Positions 48,355 through 57,868 of a stretch of DNA of 64,000 nt are shown piece after piece. This stretch comes from Vulcanimicrobiota bacterium. Its GTDB lineage: Bacteria; Vulcanimicrobiota; Vulcanimicrobiia; Eremiobacterales; Eremiobacteraceae. Each line of letters opens with the position of its first letter. The first letter of the stretch is position 1. The notes beneath the pieces were generated by a model that was given only the letters and a program-made list of their open reading frames with translations, had not been told where the DNA came from and ran no database searches. Location of the stretch: positions 672,001-736,000 of the forward strand of contig CAWETU010000001.1 in assembly GCA_963812135.1 (NCBI GenBank), in the 5' to 3' direction. Made by a program: the position numbers and the translations under genes.

Positions 48355-49383
48355 ATGTTGTCCGCTCGCCCCCTCAAGATCGGTCATGTCGAGGCGTCCC
48401 CGCCCTTGGCGCTCGCGCCGATGGCAGGTGTGACGAACGCACTCTTCCGGCGGCTGTTCAAACCGTTCGGGCTTGGTCTGACGGTGAGCGAGTTCGTATC
48501 GGCGCAGTCGCTGGTGCGCATGAACGCGCGCACGCTCGAGATGATCGACGTGTACGACGACGAGCGGCCGTGCGCGGTGCAGCTGCACGGCAGCGATCCT
48601 GAGGTCATGGCGCGCGCGGCGCGCTTCGTCGAGGAGTGCGGCGCCGATATCGTCGACATCAACTTCGGCTGCCCCGCGCCCAAGATCGTCAAAGGCGGCG
48701 ACGGCGCGGCGATCTTGCGCGATCCCGATCTGGCGGTGCGCATCTGCGATGCGGTTCGCAAGGCGGTCGTCAAAGCGCCGGTGACGGTCAAGATGCGGCT
48801 CGGCTGGGAGTCGGACAACTTCACGCACCTCGACATCGCGTTGCGCGCGGAAGCCGTCGGCATCGACGCATTCACCTTGCATGGCCGCTACGGGAAACAG
48901 TTCTATAAAGGAAGCGCGGATTGGTCGTACATCGCCCGGCTCAAGGAGGCGCTCCACGTGCCGGTCATCGGCAACGGCGACATCGCCAGCGCCGACGACG
49001 CGCTGCGCCGAATGCGCGAGACGGGCGTCGACGCGATCATGGTCGGCCGCGCCACGCTCGGCAACCCGTGGCTGCTCCGCGAAATCGCTGCGGCGATGCG
49101 CGGCGAACCTGCGCCCGGTCCGCCCAGCGTGCAGGAGCGCGTCGATTTCGCGCGCGCTCATTTCGACGCGATGGTCGAACGCTACGGCGAGAAGTCCGGC
49201 GTTTTGCAGATGCGCAAGCATCTGGGCTGGTATCTCAAAGGGATCCGCGACGCGTCGAGCCTGCGCGAGCGCATCAACCACGCGCCGACGGCCGACGAGG
49301 TCCGCGCGATCGTCGAAGAAGCCCGTTCCAGAGAACTTGAGCCGGACGGGAGTCCGCACCCGGAAGCAGCTCTCGCAGGGTGA
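48355..49383 (+). CDS. dusB: tRNA-dihydrouridine synthase B
   Basis: LAPMAGVT, DINFGCP, VTVKMRLGW, HGR, VIGNGD, MVGRA.LGNPW, RKHLGWY. Confidence 0.94.
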   Translation: MLSARPLKIGHVEASPPLALAPMAGVTNALFRRLFKPFGLGLTVSEFVSAQSLVRMNARTLEMIDVYDDERPCAVQLHGSDPEVMARAARFVEECGADIVDINFGCPAPKIVKGGDGAAILRDPDLAVRICDAVRKAVVKAPVTVKMRLGWESDNFTHLDIALRAEAVGIDAFTLHGRYGKQFYKGSADWSYIARLKEALHVPVIGNGDIASADDALRRMRETGVDAIMVGRATLGNPWLLREIAAAMRGEPAPGPPSVQERVDFARAHFDAMVERYGEKSGVLQMRKHLGWYLKGIRDASSLRERINHAPTADEVRAIVEEARSRELEPDGSPHPEAALAG

Positions 49384-49400
49384 CGCGGGACATCCCGCCG

Positions 49401-49427
49401 GAAACCTTTGGACGGGTATGCCGATAT
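49401..49427 (+). promoter_or_regulatory. Possible sigma-28/SigD-type promoter
   Basis: GAAA-N15-GCCGATAT versus consensus TAAA-N15-GCCGATA(T/A). Confidence 0.4.
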
Positions 49428-49482
49428 AGTAGGCGGAACATCGGCCGCACGACACGCCGCGCCGACAAGGAGCTATTCTCTC

Positions 49483-50112
49483 ATGCCTGACCAGGACGCG
49501 CCTCAGCCGCCCGCAACCGTTCCGCAGGCCGCGCCGCCCGCGGCAACGCCGCAGGCGCAACCCAACGTCGCGCAACGCGTCGAGAATTTCGACGCGCATC
49601 TTCCGCCCGTGGGCGAAGCGCTCGCAAATCTCGCGCACCTGATCCCTGGATTCGCGGGCTACAAGGCGGTTGAGGATCGGCGCATCGCCGACAAACAGTT
49701 GCGCGCCGTCATCGGCGAGCGACTGACCGGCATTCAAGACCGGCTCGACGCCGTCGTCGAAAGCATCTCGCGCTCCGGCGGCCTCGATGGCCTTGCATTG
49801 ATCGATCAGACGAAGCGGCGCCTCGGCAAACTCATCGATCGCATGCGTTTCGCGGATTATGGGTATTCGGCCGTGTTCGATCGCGTGCAGCTCGGCGAGC
49901 CCGAGCTCGCGCGTCTGTATCAATATGACACGGGGATCATGAACGAGCTGCCGTCCTTCGATTCGGCGGTCATGGGCGTCGAAGCCGCCGCCGGCGACCC
50001 CGCAAAACTGACGCAGGCGCTCCAGACATTTGACGCGCTCACCGCGGAGTTCGACCGGCGTTTCGAAGCGCGCCAGCACCTCTTCGATCCGATAGCCACC
50101 CCGCCGCTCTGA
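49483..50112 (+). CDS. Alpha-helical hypothetical protein upstream of the SPFH gene
   Basis: AAGGAG RBS; Pro/Gln-rich N-terminus, IPGFAGY...RRIADKQLR, ADYGYS..FD, LYQYD. Confidence 0.75.
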   Translation: MPDQDAPQPPATVPQAAPPAATPQAQPNVAQRVENFDAHLPPVGEALANLAHLIPGFAGYKAVEDRRIADKQLRAVIGERLTGIQDRLDAVVESISRSGGLDGLALIDQTKRRLGKLIDRMRFADYGYSAVFDRVQLGEPELARLYQYDTGIMNELPSFDSAVMGVEAAAGDPAKLTQALQTFDALTAEFDRRFEARQHLFDPIATPPL

Positions 50113-50225
50113 TCGGCACGGTCAGTCGCGGGACAAGGCGGCCGGCGCCTTGAAACAGTAGCGCGCGCGCTCGGTACAACTGAAGTGCACTCAAACGGCG
50201 TGAGCACGAGGTAAAGATTTCAGTC

Positions 50226-51302
50226 ATGGCACTCGGTCTTTCCGTCATCGAATTCTTCGACGACAGCGGGCAGCAAATCGTCCACCGCTGGCCCGAAGCG
50301 GGCTCCACCGACATCAAGTGGGGCAGTCAGCTCATCGTGCAAGAGAGCCAGGCCGCGGTGTTCTTCCGCGACGGCCGCGCGCTCGACACGTTCACGCCCG
50401 GCCGCTACACGCTGTCGACGCAGAACTTGCCGGTGTTGACGAAGTTCCTCTCGATCCCATTCGGCGGCACGTCGCCGTTCCAGTCGCAGGTCTACTTCGT
50501 GGCTATGAAAGTGTTCACGAACCTGCATTGGGGCACGGCCGAGCCGATCGTGTTCCGCGACGCCGAGTTCTCGATGGTGCGCCTGCGCGCGTATGGCATC
50601 TTCAGCGTGCGCGTCACGGATGCGCAGCTGTTCGTGAACAAGATCGTCGGCACGCAGAACGTCTACACGTCGGATTCGCTGCAAGATTTCTTCCGCAACA
50701 TCATCGTGTCGCGCTTGAACAACCTGCTCGGCGAGACGGTCAAGAGTGTGCTCGACCTGCCCAAGTATTACGACGCGCTGGATGCCGCAGCGAAGAGCCG
50801 CGTGAAGGACGACTTCGCTGAGTACGGCGTCGAGCTGGTCGACTTCCTCATCAACGCGATCACGCCGCCCGATGAGGTGCAGAAGGTCATCGACGAACGC
50901 ACCGGCATGGGCGTCGTCGGCAACATGAATCAGTACATGCAGTTCAAGGCCGCCAAATCGTTGGAAGACGCGGCGCAGAACCAGGGCGGGTCCGCCGGCG
51001 CGGCAGCGGGCATCGGCATGGGCGCGGGCCTCGGTTTTGTAGTCCCCGGCATGATCAACGCAGCGATGCAGGCGCAACAGCAACAAGCAGCCGCTAGTGC
51101 TCCGGCTGCGGGCGCGGCGGCTGCCGGCGCGGCGATCGCGACCATCGCGTGCCCCAACTGCCAAGCGAAGATACCGGCGAATTCGAAGTTCTGCCCGGAG
51201 TGCGGCAAGCCGGTCGCGCAAACGGTCGAGTGCCCGAGCTGCCACCAGCAGAACGCGCCGGGCGCGAAGTTCTGCGCGAACTGCGGAACGAAGCTCGAGT
51301 AG
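50226..51302 (+). CDS. SPFH/Band 7 (YdjI-like) protein with C-terminal double zinc ribbon
   Basis: [34 protein letters not shown], four CxxC pairs. Confidence 0.9.
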   Translation: MALGLSVIEFFDDSGQQIVHRWPEAGSTDIKWGSQLIVQESQAAVFFRDGRALDTFTPGRYTLSTQNLPVLTKFLSIPFGGTSPFQSQVYFVAMKVFTNLHWGTAEPIVFRDAEFSMVRLRAYGIFSVRVTDAQLFVNKIVGTQNVYTSDSLQDFFRNIIVSRLNNLLGETVKSVLDLPKYYDALDAAAKSRVKDDFAEYGVELVDFLINAITPPDEVQKVIDERTGMGVVGNMNQYMQFKAAKSLEDAAQNQGGSAGAAAGIGMGAGLGFVVPGMINAAMQAQQQQAAASAPAAGAAAAGAAIATIACPNCQAKIPANSKFCPECGKPVAQTVECPSCHQQNAPGAKFCANCGTKLE

Positions 51303-51307
51303 CGCCG

Positions 51308-51877
51308 CTAGGTCTTGCGCGCGGCCTCGATCTGATCGCAGACTGACTGCGCGTTTTCGATCAGCGTGAACGTCGGGAAGGTGACGCGCGTCGGCGCAAC
51401 CATCGCGCTTATGTTCGTCGGCACGGGCGTGCCCGGCACGCCGAAGGCGAGCGTGCCGACTCCATCCGCTCCAGTCGTGATACCGATGCCGCTGATATCC
51501 GAAATGGGGTAGCTCTGCACTTTGTCGTTGACCACGATGAGAATGCGCTTATTGGTCAGACCGTAGGATGTGTGCGCCCGCAGAGCCGAATCGGTAAAAA
51601 AGCGTCCGACGATCAGAAACAGGCCGATGAGCACGAACGGGATGCCCCACACTTGGAGCACCCAGAACTGGTGCGTGGTGACGACTTCATACTCCCAATA
51701 CAGCGCAAACCCGCCCCACATTAGGCTAACAGGAATCACCACCGCATCGGTCGGACGCAGCAGCAATCCTTGCTTGGGCATGCCGCTCCAAACGAGTTGC
51801 TCGTCGTCCGCTAGCTTGGAGCGTATGAGCGATTCAGCGCTATCAAGCACAGACGCTACCTTCGAAGCGAGGAACAC
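51308..51877 (-). CDS. Membrane protein with two TM helices and a bacterial PH-like domain
   Basis: EQLVWSGMP, two hydrophobic helices, YGLTNKRILI, GVGTLAF. Confidence 0.7.
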   Translation of the reverse strand: MFLASKVASVLDSAESLIRSKLADDEQLVWSGMPKQGLLLRPTDAVVIPVSLMWGGFALYWEYEVVTTHQFWVLQVWGIPFVLIGLFLIVGRFFTDSALRAHTSYGLTNKRILIVVNDKVQSYPISDISGIGITTGADGVGTLAFGVPGTPVPTNISAMVAPTRVTFPTFTLIENAQSVCDQIEAARKT

Positions 51878-51909
51878 CTCACCTTCGGCACAGAAAGCTG
51901 AGGTCGACG

Positions 51910-53160
51910 ATGAGCTTTGACGACGTCTACGCCGCCTATAAGGATTACATCAATCCGCCGTTGGCACGCTTTATGAAACTTGCCGGCGCGACGGTCGAGA
52001 CCGAGGCGCGCGGCTGTCGCATCTTCGACGAGAACGGCAAGTCGTATCTCGATTTTTGCGGCGGCTATGGCGTCTTCACGCTCGGCTACCAGCACCCCAA
52101 AGTCGTCGCTGCGGTGCGCGAGCAGTTGGAGCACATGGCGCTGTCGTCCCGTGTGTTCTTCAATGCGAAGACCGCGGCGCTCGCCAAAGAGCTCGCGCGG
52201 ATCGCGCCAGGCGACCTGCAGATCAGTTTCTTCTCGAACAGCGGCACCGAAGCGGTCGAAGCCGCGCTCAAGACCGCGCGGCTCTCGTCCAAGCGCACGA
52301 TGATCGTCGCGACCGACAACGCCTATCACGGCAAGACGATGGGCAGCCTCACCGCCACCGGTCGCGATCTCTTCAAAGATTCGTTCAAGCCGCTCGTCCC
52401 CGAGTTCTGCCACGTCCCCTTCGGCGATCTCGACGCGCTCGATCGTGCGCTGCCCGGCGCGGCGGCGTTCATCGTCGAGCCGGTGCAATGCGAAGGCGGC
52501 GTGATTGTGCCACCTGACGGCTACCTGCGCGGCGTCCGCGATCTCTGCGACACGCACGGCGTGCTGTTCATCGCAGACGAAGTGCAGACCGGGCTCGGCC
52601 GCACAGGCTATCTCTGGGGCGTGGATTACGACGGCGTCGTGCCCGATATCATCGCGGCGGCGAAGGGTCTGTCGGGCGGCGTCGTGCCGATCGGCGCGAC
52701 AATCAGCAAGTACGATGTGTGGATGCGCGCGTTCGGCCATGCGCCGCTGTTGCACACTTCGACGTTCGGCGGCAACCCGCTCGCGTGCACCGCGGGTTTG
52801 GCGGCGCTCAAGGTGCTGCAAGAAGAACGGCTCGTCGACCGCTCGCGTGAACTCGGCGACTACATGCTTGCGCGCGCCGGAGAAGTCATGGCGCGTCATC
52901 CAGACGTCATCGCGCAAGTGCGCGGCCGCGGCTTGGTGGTCGGCGTCGAGCTGACGAACGAAGGGTACGGTGGCGTCATCATACCCGAATGCCTCAAGCT
53001 CGGCTTGACGGCGGCCTACACGCTCAATCAGCAAAAGGTGATCCGCCTCGAACCACCGCTCGTCGTCACCAAAGAAGAGATCGATGAGGCGTTGCGCTTG
53101 TTCGAACAAGGAGTGGCCAAGGCCAAGGAAAAACTCGGGGAGCTGACACGCACCTCCTAG
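51910..53160 (+). CDS. Class III PLP aminotransferase (PatA / PigE C-terminal-like)
   Basis: LDFCGGYG, NSGTEAVEAALK, YHGKTMG, IVEPVQCEGG, DEVQTGLGRTG, AAKGLSGG (PLP Lys), HTSTFGGNPLAC. Confidence 0.92.
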   Translation: MSFDDVYAAYKDYINPPLARFMKLAGATVETEARGCRIFDENGKSYLDFCGGYGVFTLGYQHPKVVAAVREQLEHMALSSRVFFNAKTAALAKELARIAPGDLQISFFSNSGTEAVEAALKTARLSSKRTMIVATDNAYHGKTMGSLTATGRDLFKDSFKPLVPEFCHVPFGDLDALDRALPGAAAFIVEPVQCEGGVIVPPDGYLRGVRDLCDTHGVLFIADEVQTGLGRTGYLWGVDYDGVVPDIIAAAKGLSGGVVPIGATISKYDVWMRAFGHAPLLHTSTFGGNPLACTAGLAALKVLQEERLVDRSRELGDYMLARAGEVMARHPDVIAQVRGRGLVVGVELTNEGYGGVIIPECLKLGLTAAYTLNQQKVIRLEPPLVVTKEEIDEALRLFEQGVAKAKEKLGELTRTS

Positions 53161-53176
53161 AGAAAACGCTGCTCCG

Positions 53177-53198
53177 AGCGGCCGAGTTTACTCGGCCG
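53177..53198 (+). repeat. REP variant with compensatory stem changes
   Basis: AGCGGCCGAGTTTACTCGGCCG. Confidence 0.55.
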
Positions 53199-53230
53199 TT
53201 TTACACACCTGCAGGGAACCGATATCGCCC

Positions 53231-53668
53231 ATGCCCTATGTAGAGACCGCGATCGACATCGCCGCGCCGGCCCGCGCGATCTACGAGCTCGCCAAGGACA
53301 TGGAACGCTATCCCGAGTTCATGCCCGACGTCGAAGTCGTCAAGGTGCTCAAACGTGACGGCAACACCACCACGACCCGCTGGAAGACGCTTGTCGAAGA
53401 GGCGCCGATCGAATGGACGGAAGTCGACGTGTTCGACGATGCCCGCAATCGCATCGACTACCGGCTTATCGAAGGCGATCTCGACAAGTTCGAGGGCGCG
53501 TGGACGTTTGAGGAAAGCGACGGCGTCACGCACGTGGTGCTCGGCGTCGACTACGACTTCGGCGTGCCGACATTGGCCGAGCTCATCGGTCCGACGTTGC
53601 AGAAAAAGGTCGAAGAGAACTCGCTGATGATGCTCACGGCGCTCAAGACGCGAGCCGAAAAGGGTTAA
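53231..53668 (+). CDS. SRPBCC/START (polyketide cyclase/Coq10-like) lipid-binding protein
   Basis: IAAP...IYELAKDMERYPEFMPDV, GDLDKFEGAW, C-terminal helix LKTRAE. Confidence 0.9.
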   Translation: MPYVETAIDIAAPARAIYELAKDMERYPEFMPDVEVVKVLKRDGNTTTTRWKTLVEEAPIEWTEVDVFDDARNRIDYRLIEGDLDKFEGAWTFEESDGVTHVVLGVDYDFGVPTLAELIGPTLQKKVEENSLMMLTALKTRAEKG

Positions 53669-53723
53669 TACCAGGAGCGCGCGTCCTCATCTTCGAAACG
53701 CAAAGGAACCTACCCGGCCGCTT

Positions 53724-54926
53724 TTGCGACTGGGCTCCCCGAGGTCAAGCCCCGCATTGCGCAAGTTCGGCTTTCTCGTTCATCCGTTGTCCTATGACGA
53801 CGTCGAGCGCTACGACCCAGGCGCCGTCGGCAAGGGCCGGCCTATCATAAAGAAGATTCTCGAATGGATCCCGCCCTATCGGGTGTCGGATATCGTCGGC
53901 GTGCGCAGCGAGGCGACGGGCGAGGAGATTGCCGGGCACTTCATCGGCGTGCCGATCATGCCCGAGCAGTGGCTCGAATTGCCCCGCGCGGACATCATGG
54001 GGCGGCTCGTCGGCGCTGCTGAGCTTGCGAAGAAGCTGGGCTGCGGCATCATCGGCCTGGGCGGCTTCTCGTCAGTCGTCGGTGACGGCGGCGTGACGCT
54101 GGCTGAAACCGTTTCCGGCATCGCGATCACGACGGGCAATACCTACACTATCGCGGCCGGCTTGCAGAGTCTCTTCCGCGCGGCGCGCGAGCTGGAGATC
54201 GATTTGCCGACGGCGTCGGCGGTCGTCATCGGCGCCACCGGCAGCATCGGCTCGGCCTGCGCGCAGATCCTCGGCAACAAAGTGGCTCGCGTGACGCTTG
54301 CCGCGCGCAACGCGACGCGGCTGAAGAATCTCGCGCACGCGATGCAGCCGCACGTGTCGGCCGCGCTCGACTGGACGACCGACGTCCGCGCCGCGGTGCG
54401 CAACGCGGACCTGGTCCTCACGGCGACCTCGGCCGTCTCGGCGATCGTCGAACCCGAAGACCTGCGTCCCGGCGCGGTGATCAGCGAAGTGTCGCTGCCG
54501 CACGATGTCTCCCGGCGCGTGGGGTCCGAACGGCCCGACGTGCTGGTGAGCGAAGGCGGCAACATCCTCGTGCCCGGCGAGCCGAACTTCAATTTCGATT
54601 TCGGGTTGCCGCCGCGCACGGCGCTCGCGTGCATGTCCGAGACCATGATCCTCACGCTGGAGGATCGTTTCGAGAACTACTCACTGGGCCGCGGCATCCA
54701 CCTCGACAAGGTGCTCGAGATCGAGCGCCTTGCCGAGAAGCATGGCTTCAGACTCGCGGGCATGCGCGCGTTCGACAAAGCCGTCAGCGACGAGCAGATA
54801 CAGCGCACGCGCGAAGCCGCGCGCGCCGCACGCGCCGCGGCGCAGGTCGCGCCGGCGGCGCCGGTCGGCGTGCCGGCGAACGGCAGCCCAACCGCGGCTG
54901 CAAGCCGCGGCGCGAGCGTGCAATGA
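53724..54926 (+). CDS. Acyl-ACP/thioester reductase (cyanobacterial AAR, PigE/TamH reductase-domain-like)
   Basis: KFGFLVHP, IGLGGFSSVV, TTGNTYT, Rossmann VIGATGSIGSA, catalytic-Cys motif ALACMSETMILTLE...NYSLGR; alternative TTG start at 53757. Confidence 0.8.
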   Translation: MRLGSPRSSPALRKFGFLVHPLSYDDVERYDPGAVGKGRPIIKKILEWIPPYRVSDIVGVRSEATGEEIAGHFIGVPIMPEQWLELPRADIMGRLVGAAELAKKLGCGIIGLGGFSSVVGDGGVTLAETVSGIAITTGNTYTIAAGLQSLFRAARELEIDLPTASAVVIGATGSIGSACAQILGNKVARVTLAARNATRLKNLAHAMQPHVSAALDWTTDVRAAVRNADLVLTATSAVSAIVEPEDLRPGAVISEVSLPHDVSRRVGSERPDVLVSEGGNILVPGEPNFNFDFGLPPRTALACMSETMILTLEDRFENYSLGRGIHLDKVLEIERLAEKHGFRLAGMRAFDKAVSDEQIQRTREAARAARAAAQVAPAAPVGVPANGSPTAAASRGASVQ

Positions 54927-55843
54927 AGAAGATCGTTTCGGTGAGTCTCGGTTCGTCCACGCGCGATCATCACGTCGACGTCGAGTGGCTGGGAGAGCGG
55001 TTTGACATCAGCCGCATCGGCTTCGACGGTTCGCTCGATCGCGCGATCGCCAAATTGCACGAGCTGGACGGCACAGTCGACGCGATTGGCCTCGGCGGCA
55101 TCGATGTCTATCTCTACGCGGGCACCAAGCGCTATGCGCTGCGCGACGGATTGCGCATGCTCGACGCGGTCAAGCAGACGCCCGTCGTCGACGGCAGCGG
55201 CCTCAAGAACACGCTCGAGCGCGAGACGGTGCGCCGGCTGCAATCGGACGGGGTGCTCGACTTTCGCGGCCTGCCGGTACTGATGGTCAGCGCGCTCGAT
55301 CGCTTCGGCATGGCCCAGGCGTTGGTCGAGGCCGGCGCGCAGGTGACCTTCGGCGATTTTATCTTCGCGCTTGGCATCGACAAGCCGGTCACCTCGTTGC
55401 ACGAGTTCGAGGCGTTGGCCGAGAAGTATCTGCCCGACGCCTGCAAGCTGCCGTTCCAGTTCTTCTATCCGACGGGCAAGAAACAGGAGAAGCCGCCGGA
55501 GCCGAAGTTCTCGCGGTATTACGCCGACGCGAAGGTGATCGCCGGCGATTTCCATTTCATCCGCCAGCACATGCCGGACGATCTGCGCGGCAAGACGATC
55601 CTCACCAACACGGTGACGCAGACGAACGTCGAAGAGCTGCGCGACCGTGGCGCCGCTCGTCTGGTGACGAGTACGCCGAATCTCGGCGGCCGTTCGTTCG
55701 GCACCAATGTGATGGAAGCGGCGCTGCTCGCGCTGCTCGGCAAGCGCTGGCAGGACGTCACCGAAGACGATTACCTGCGCCTGCTGCACGAGTTGAACTT
55801 CGCGCCGCGCGTCGAGAACTTCGCTGCCGTCGCGACGACGTAA
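54923..55843 (+). CDS. Uncharacterised reductase-like protein translationally coupled to the AAR-like gene
   Basis: ATGA overlap; VSVSLGSSTRD, DAIGLGGID, VVDGSGLKNTLE, DRFGMA, GDFHFI, GGRSFGTNVMEA. Confidence 0.75.
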   Translation: MKKIVSVSLGSSTRDHHVDVEWLGERFDISRIGFDGSLDRAIAKLHELDGTVDAIGLGGIDVYLYAGTKRYALRDGLRMLDAVKQTPVVDGSGLKNTLERETVRRLQSDGVLDFRGLPVLMVSALDRFGMAQALVEAGAQVTFGDFIFALGIDKPVTSLHEFEALAEKYLPDACKLPFQFFYPTGKKQEKPPEPKFSRYYADAKVIAGDFHFIRQHMPDDLRGKTILTNTVTQTNVEELRDRGAARLVTSTPNLGGRSFGTNVMEAALLALLGKRWQDVTEDDYLRLLHELNFAPRVENFAAVATT

Positions 55844-55868
55844 CCCCCAACAAACCTGAAAGGCAATA

Positions 55869-56375
55869 ATGCAAGAGAAAGAGACCGTACTCACCGCAGA
55901 CGGACTGCGCAAGTTAGAGGCAGAGCTCGACGAGCTCAAGACCGTGCACCGCAAAGAGGTGAACGACCGCATCCGCCAGGCCAAAGAATTCGGCGATATC
56001 TCCGAAAACGCGGAGTACGAGGACGCCAAGCAAGAGCAGGCGTTCATCGAAGGCCGCATCATGAAACTCGAGGCGATGATCCGCAACGCGAAGATCATCG
56101 TCGAAGGCGAGGGCGGCGCGGACGAAGTGCATCTGGCGAGCACCGTGCGCGTGAAGAACCTCACCACCGGATCGGAGAACGAATACACGATCGTCGGCAG
56201 CGCGGAAAGCGATCCGCTGCGCGCCAAGATCTCCAATGAGTCGCCGATCGGCACCGCGCTCATCGGCGCGAAGCCGGGCCAGACCGTGACGGCGACGACC
56301 CCGAGCGGCGACGTGCAGCTCAAGATCATCTCCATCAAAGCGAATCGCAAGAGCGGCAAAGCGAAGGCGCGTTGA
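55869..56375 (+). CDS. greA: Transcription elongation factor GreA
   Basis: LTADGLRKLE, FGDISENAEY, ISNESPIG.ALIG. Confidence 0.97.
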   Translation: MQEKETVLTADGLRKLEAELDELKTVHRKEVNDRIRQAKEFGDISENAEYEDAKQEQAFIEGRIMKLEAMIRNAKIIVEGEGGADEVHLASTVRVKNLTTGSENEYTIVGSAESDPLRAKISNESPIGTALIGAKPGQTVTATTPSGDVQLKIISIKANRKSGKAKAR

Positions 56376-57868
56376 GCGAAGACCAAGAGCTCGGGTCGAC
56401 CGAAGCTGAGCTGATCAATGCGCGCCGAGCCAAGCTCGACGCGCTACGTTCATCCGGACGCGATCCGTTCGCCATCACCAAGTTCGAGCGCACACATGTC
56501 GCGCGCGAGCTGCACGAGGCGTATGGCGCGCTCAAGCCGGGGGAGCACGCGGGCGTGACGGTCGCGGCCGCTGGGCGGCTCGGCACGGTGCGCTGGATGG
56601 GCAAGAAGGCGGTGTTTTCGGACATCGCCGATCAGTCGGGCCGCATCCAGCTCTACTTCCGCGCTGACAAGCTCGGCGACGAGTTTTCGTCGGTCGAGTC
56701 GCTCGACCGCGGCGACATCGTCGGCGTGGACGGCGAGCCGTTCGTCACCAAGACCGGCGAGCTGACCCTGGCGGTCAAGAGCTTGCAGGTGCTCGCCAAA
56801 GCGCTGCGGCCGCTGCCCGAGAAATGGCACGGCCTCACCGATCACGAGGCGCGCTACCGGCGCCGCTACGTCGACCTCATCGTCAACCGTCCGGTCCTCG
56901 AAACGATGTTGCTGCGCAGCCGGCTGCTCGCCGAAACGCGCCGCTATCTCGACGATCGCGGCTTCGTGGAGGTCGAAACGCCCGTCTTGCTGTCGATCGC
57001 CGGCGGGGCCAACGCACGGCCCTTCGTCACGCAGTCGCATGCGCTTGACATCTCGCTGCAGATGCGCATCGCGACGGAGCTGAACCTCAAACGCTGCATC
57101 GTGGGCGGGATCGAGAAGGTCTACGAGCTCGGACGCATCTTTCGCAACGAAGGCATCGATCGCACGCACAATCCGGAATTCACCATGCTCGAGCTCTACC
57201 AAGCGTACGGTGATGTCAATAGCATGATGGACCTGTCCGAAGATTGGATTTTGCACTTAGCTGCCGTCGCAGGCGCGCGCGGCGAGCACGAGTTCGGTGG
57301 CGAGAAGATCGCGTTGGAGCGCCCGTTCGCGCGGATCGCGTACCTGGATGCGCTCAAGCAATGGGGCGATCTTTCGCGCGAGGACATCTTGGACGATTGG
57401 AAGGCGCGCGAGACCGCGAAGAAGCTCAAGATCGCGACGCATCCCGGCGACAGTCACGCGCACGTCATCGACAAGATATTCGAGACCGTCGCCGAGCCGC
57501 ATCTCGTCAACCCGACCTTCATCACCGATTTTCCCGTCGTGCTGTCGCCGCTCGCCAAGCGCAAGGCCGACGACACGCAGTTGGTCGAGCGCTTCGAGCT
57601 GTTCATCGCGCACATGGAGATCGTCAACGCGTTCTCGGAGCTCAACGATCCCGACGATCAGCGCAAGCGTTTTGAGGCGCAGGCAGCGGAGCGCGCGGCC
57701 GGCGATGCCGAAGCGCCCGAACCCGATTGGGACTACGTGCAAGCGCTCGAATATGGAATGCCGCCCACCGGCGGTCTCGGCAGCGGCATCGACCGTTTGG
57801 TGATGCTGTTGACGGGCGAGCGCTCGATCCGCGACGTCTTGTTGTTCCCGCTGCAAAAACCCGAATGA
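56372..57868 (+). CDS. lysS: Lysine--tRNA ligase (class II)
   Basis: PLPEKWHGL, RYRRRYVDL, EVETP, FRNEG..RTHNPEF, YGMPPTGGLGSGIDR. Confidence 0.98.
   Translation: MSEDQELGSTEAELINARRAKLDALRSSGRDPFAITKFERTHVARELHEAYGALKPGEHAGVTVAAAGRLGTVRWMGKKAVFSDIADQSGRIQLYFRADKLGDEFSSVESLDRGDIVGVDGEPFVTKTGELTLAVKSLQVLAKALRPLPEKWHGLTDHEARYRRRYVDLIVNRPVLETMLLRSRLLAETRRYLDDRGFVEVETPVLLSIAGGANARPFVTQSHALDISLQMRIATELNLKRCIVGGIEKVYELGRIFRNEGIDRTHNPEFTMLELYQAYGDVNSMMDLSEDWILHLAAVAGARGEHEFGGEKIALERPFARIAYLDALKQWGDLSREDILDDWKARETAKKLKIATHPGDSHAHVIDKIFETVAEPHLVNPTFITDFPVVLSPLAKRKADDTQLVERFELFIAHMEIVNAFSELNDPDDQRKRFEAQAAERAAGDAEAPEPDWDYVQALEYGMPPTGGLGSGIDRLVMLLTGERSIRDVLLFPLQKPE

Noticed and set aside
51910..55843. 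Prodigiosin/tambjamine cluster, cyanobacterial alkane pathway, or shikimate/quinate dehydrogenases
   Set aside because: No pyrrole, PKS, ACP or condensation genes and no aldehyde-deformylating oxygenase in the window. AroE-type SxSP and NTD motifs are absent.
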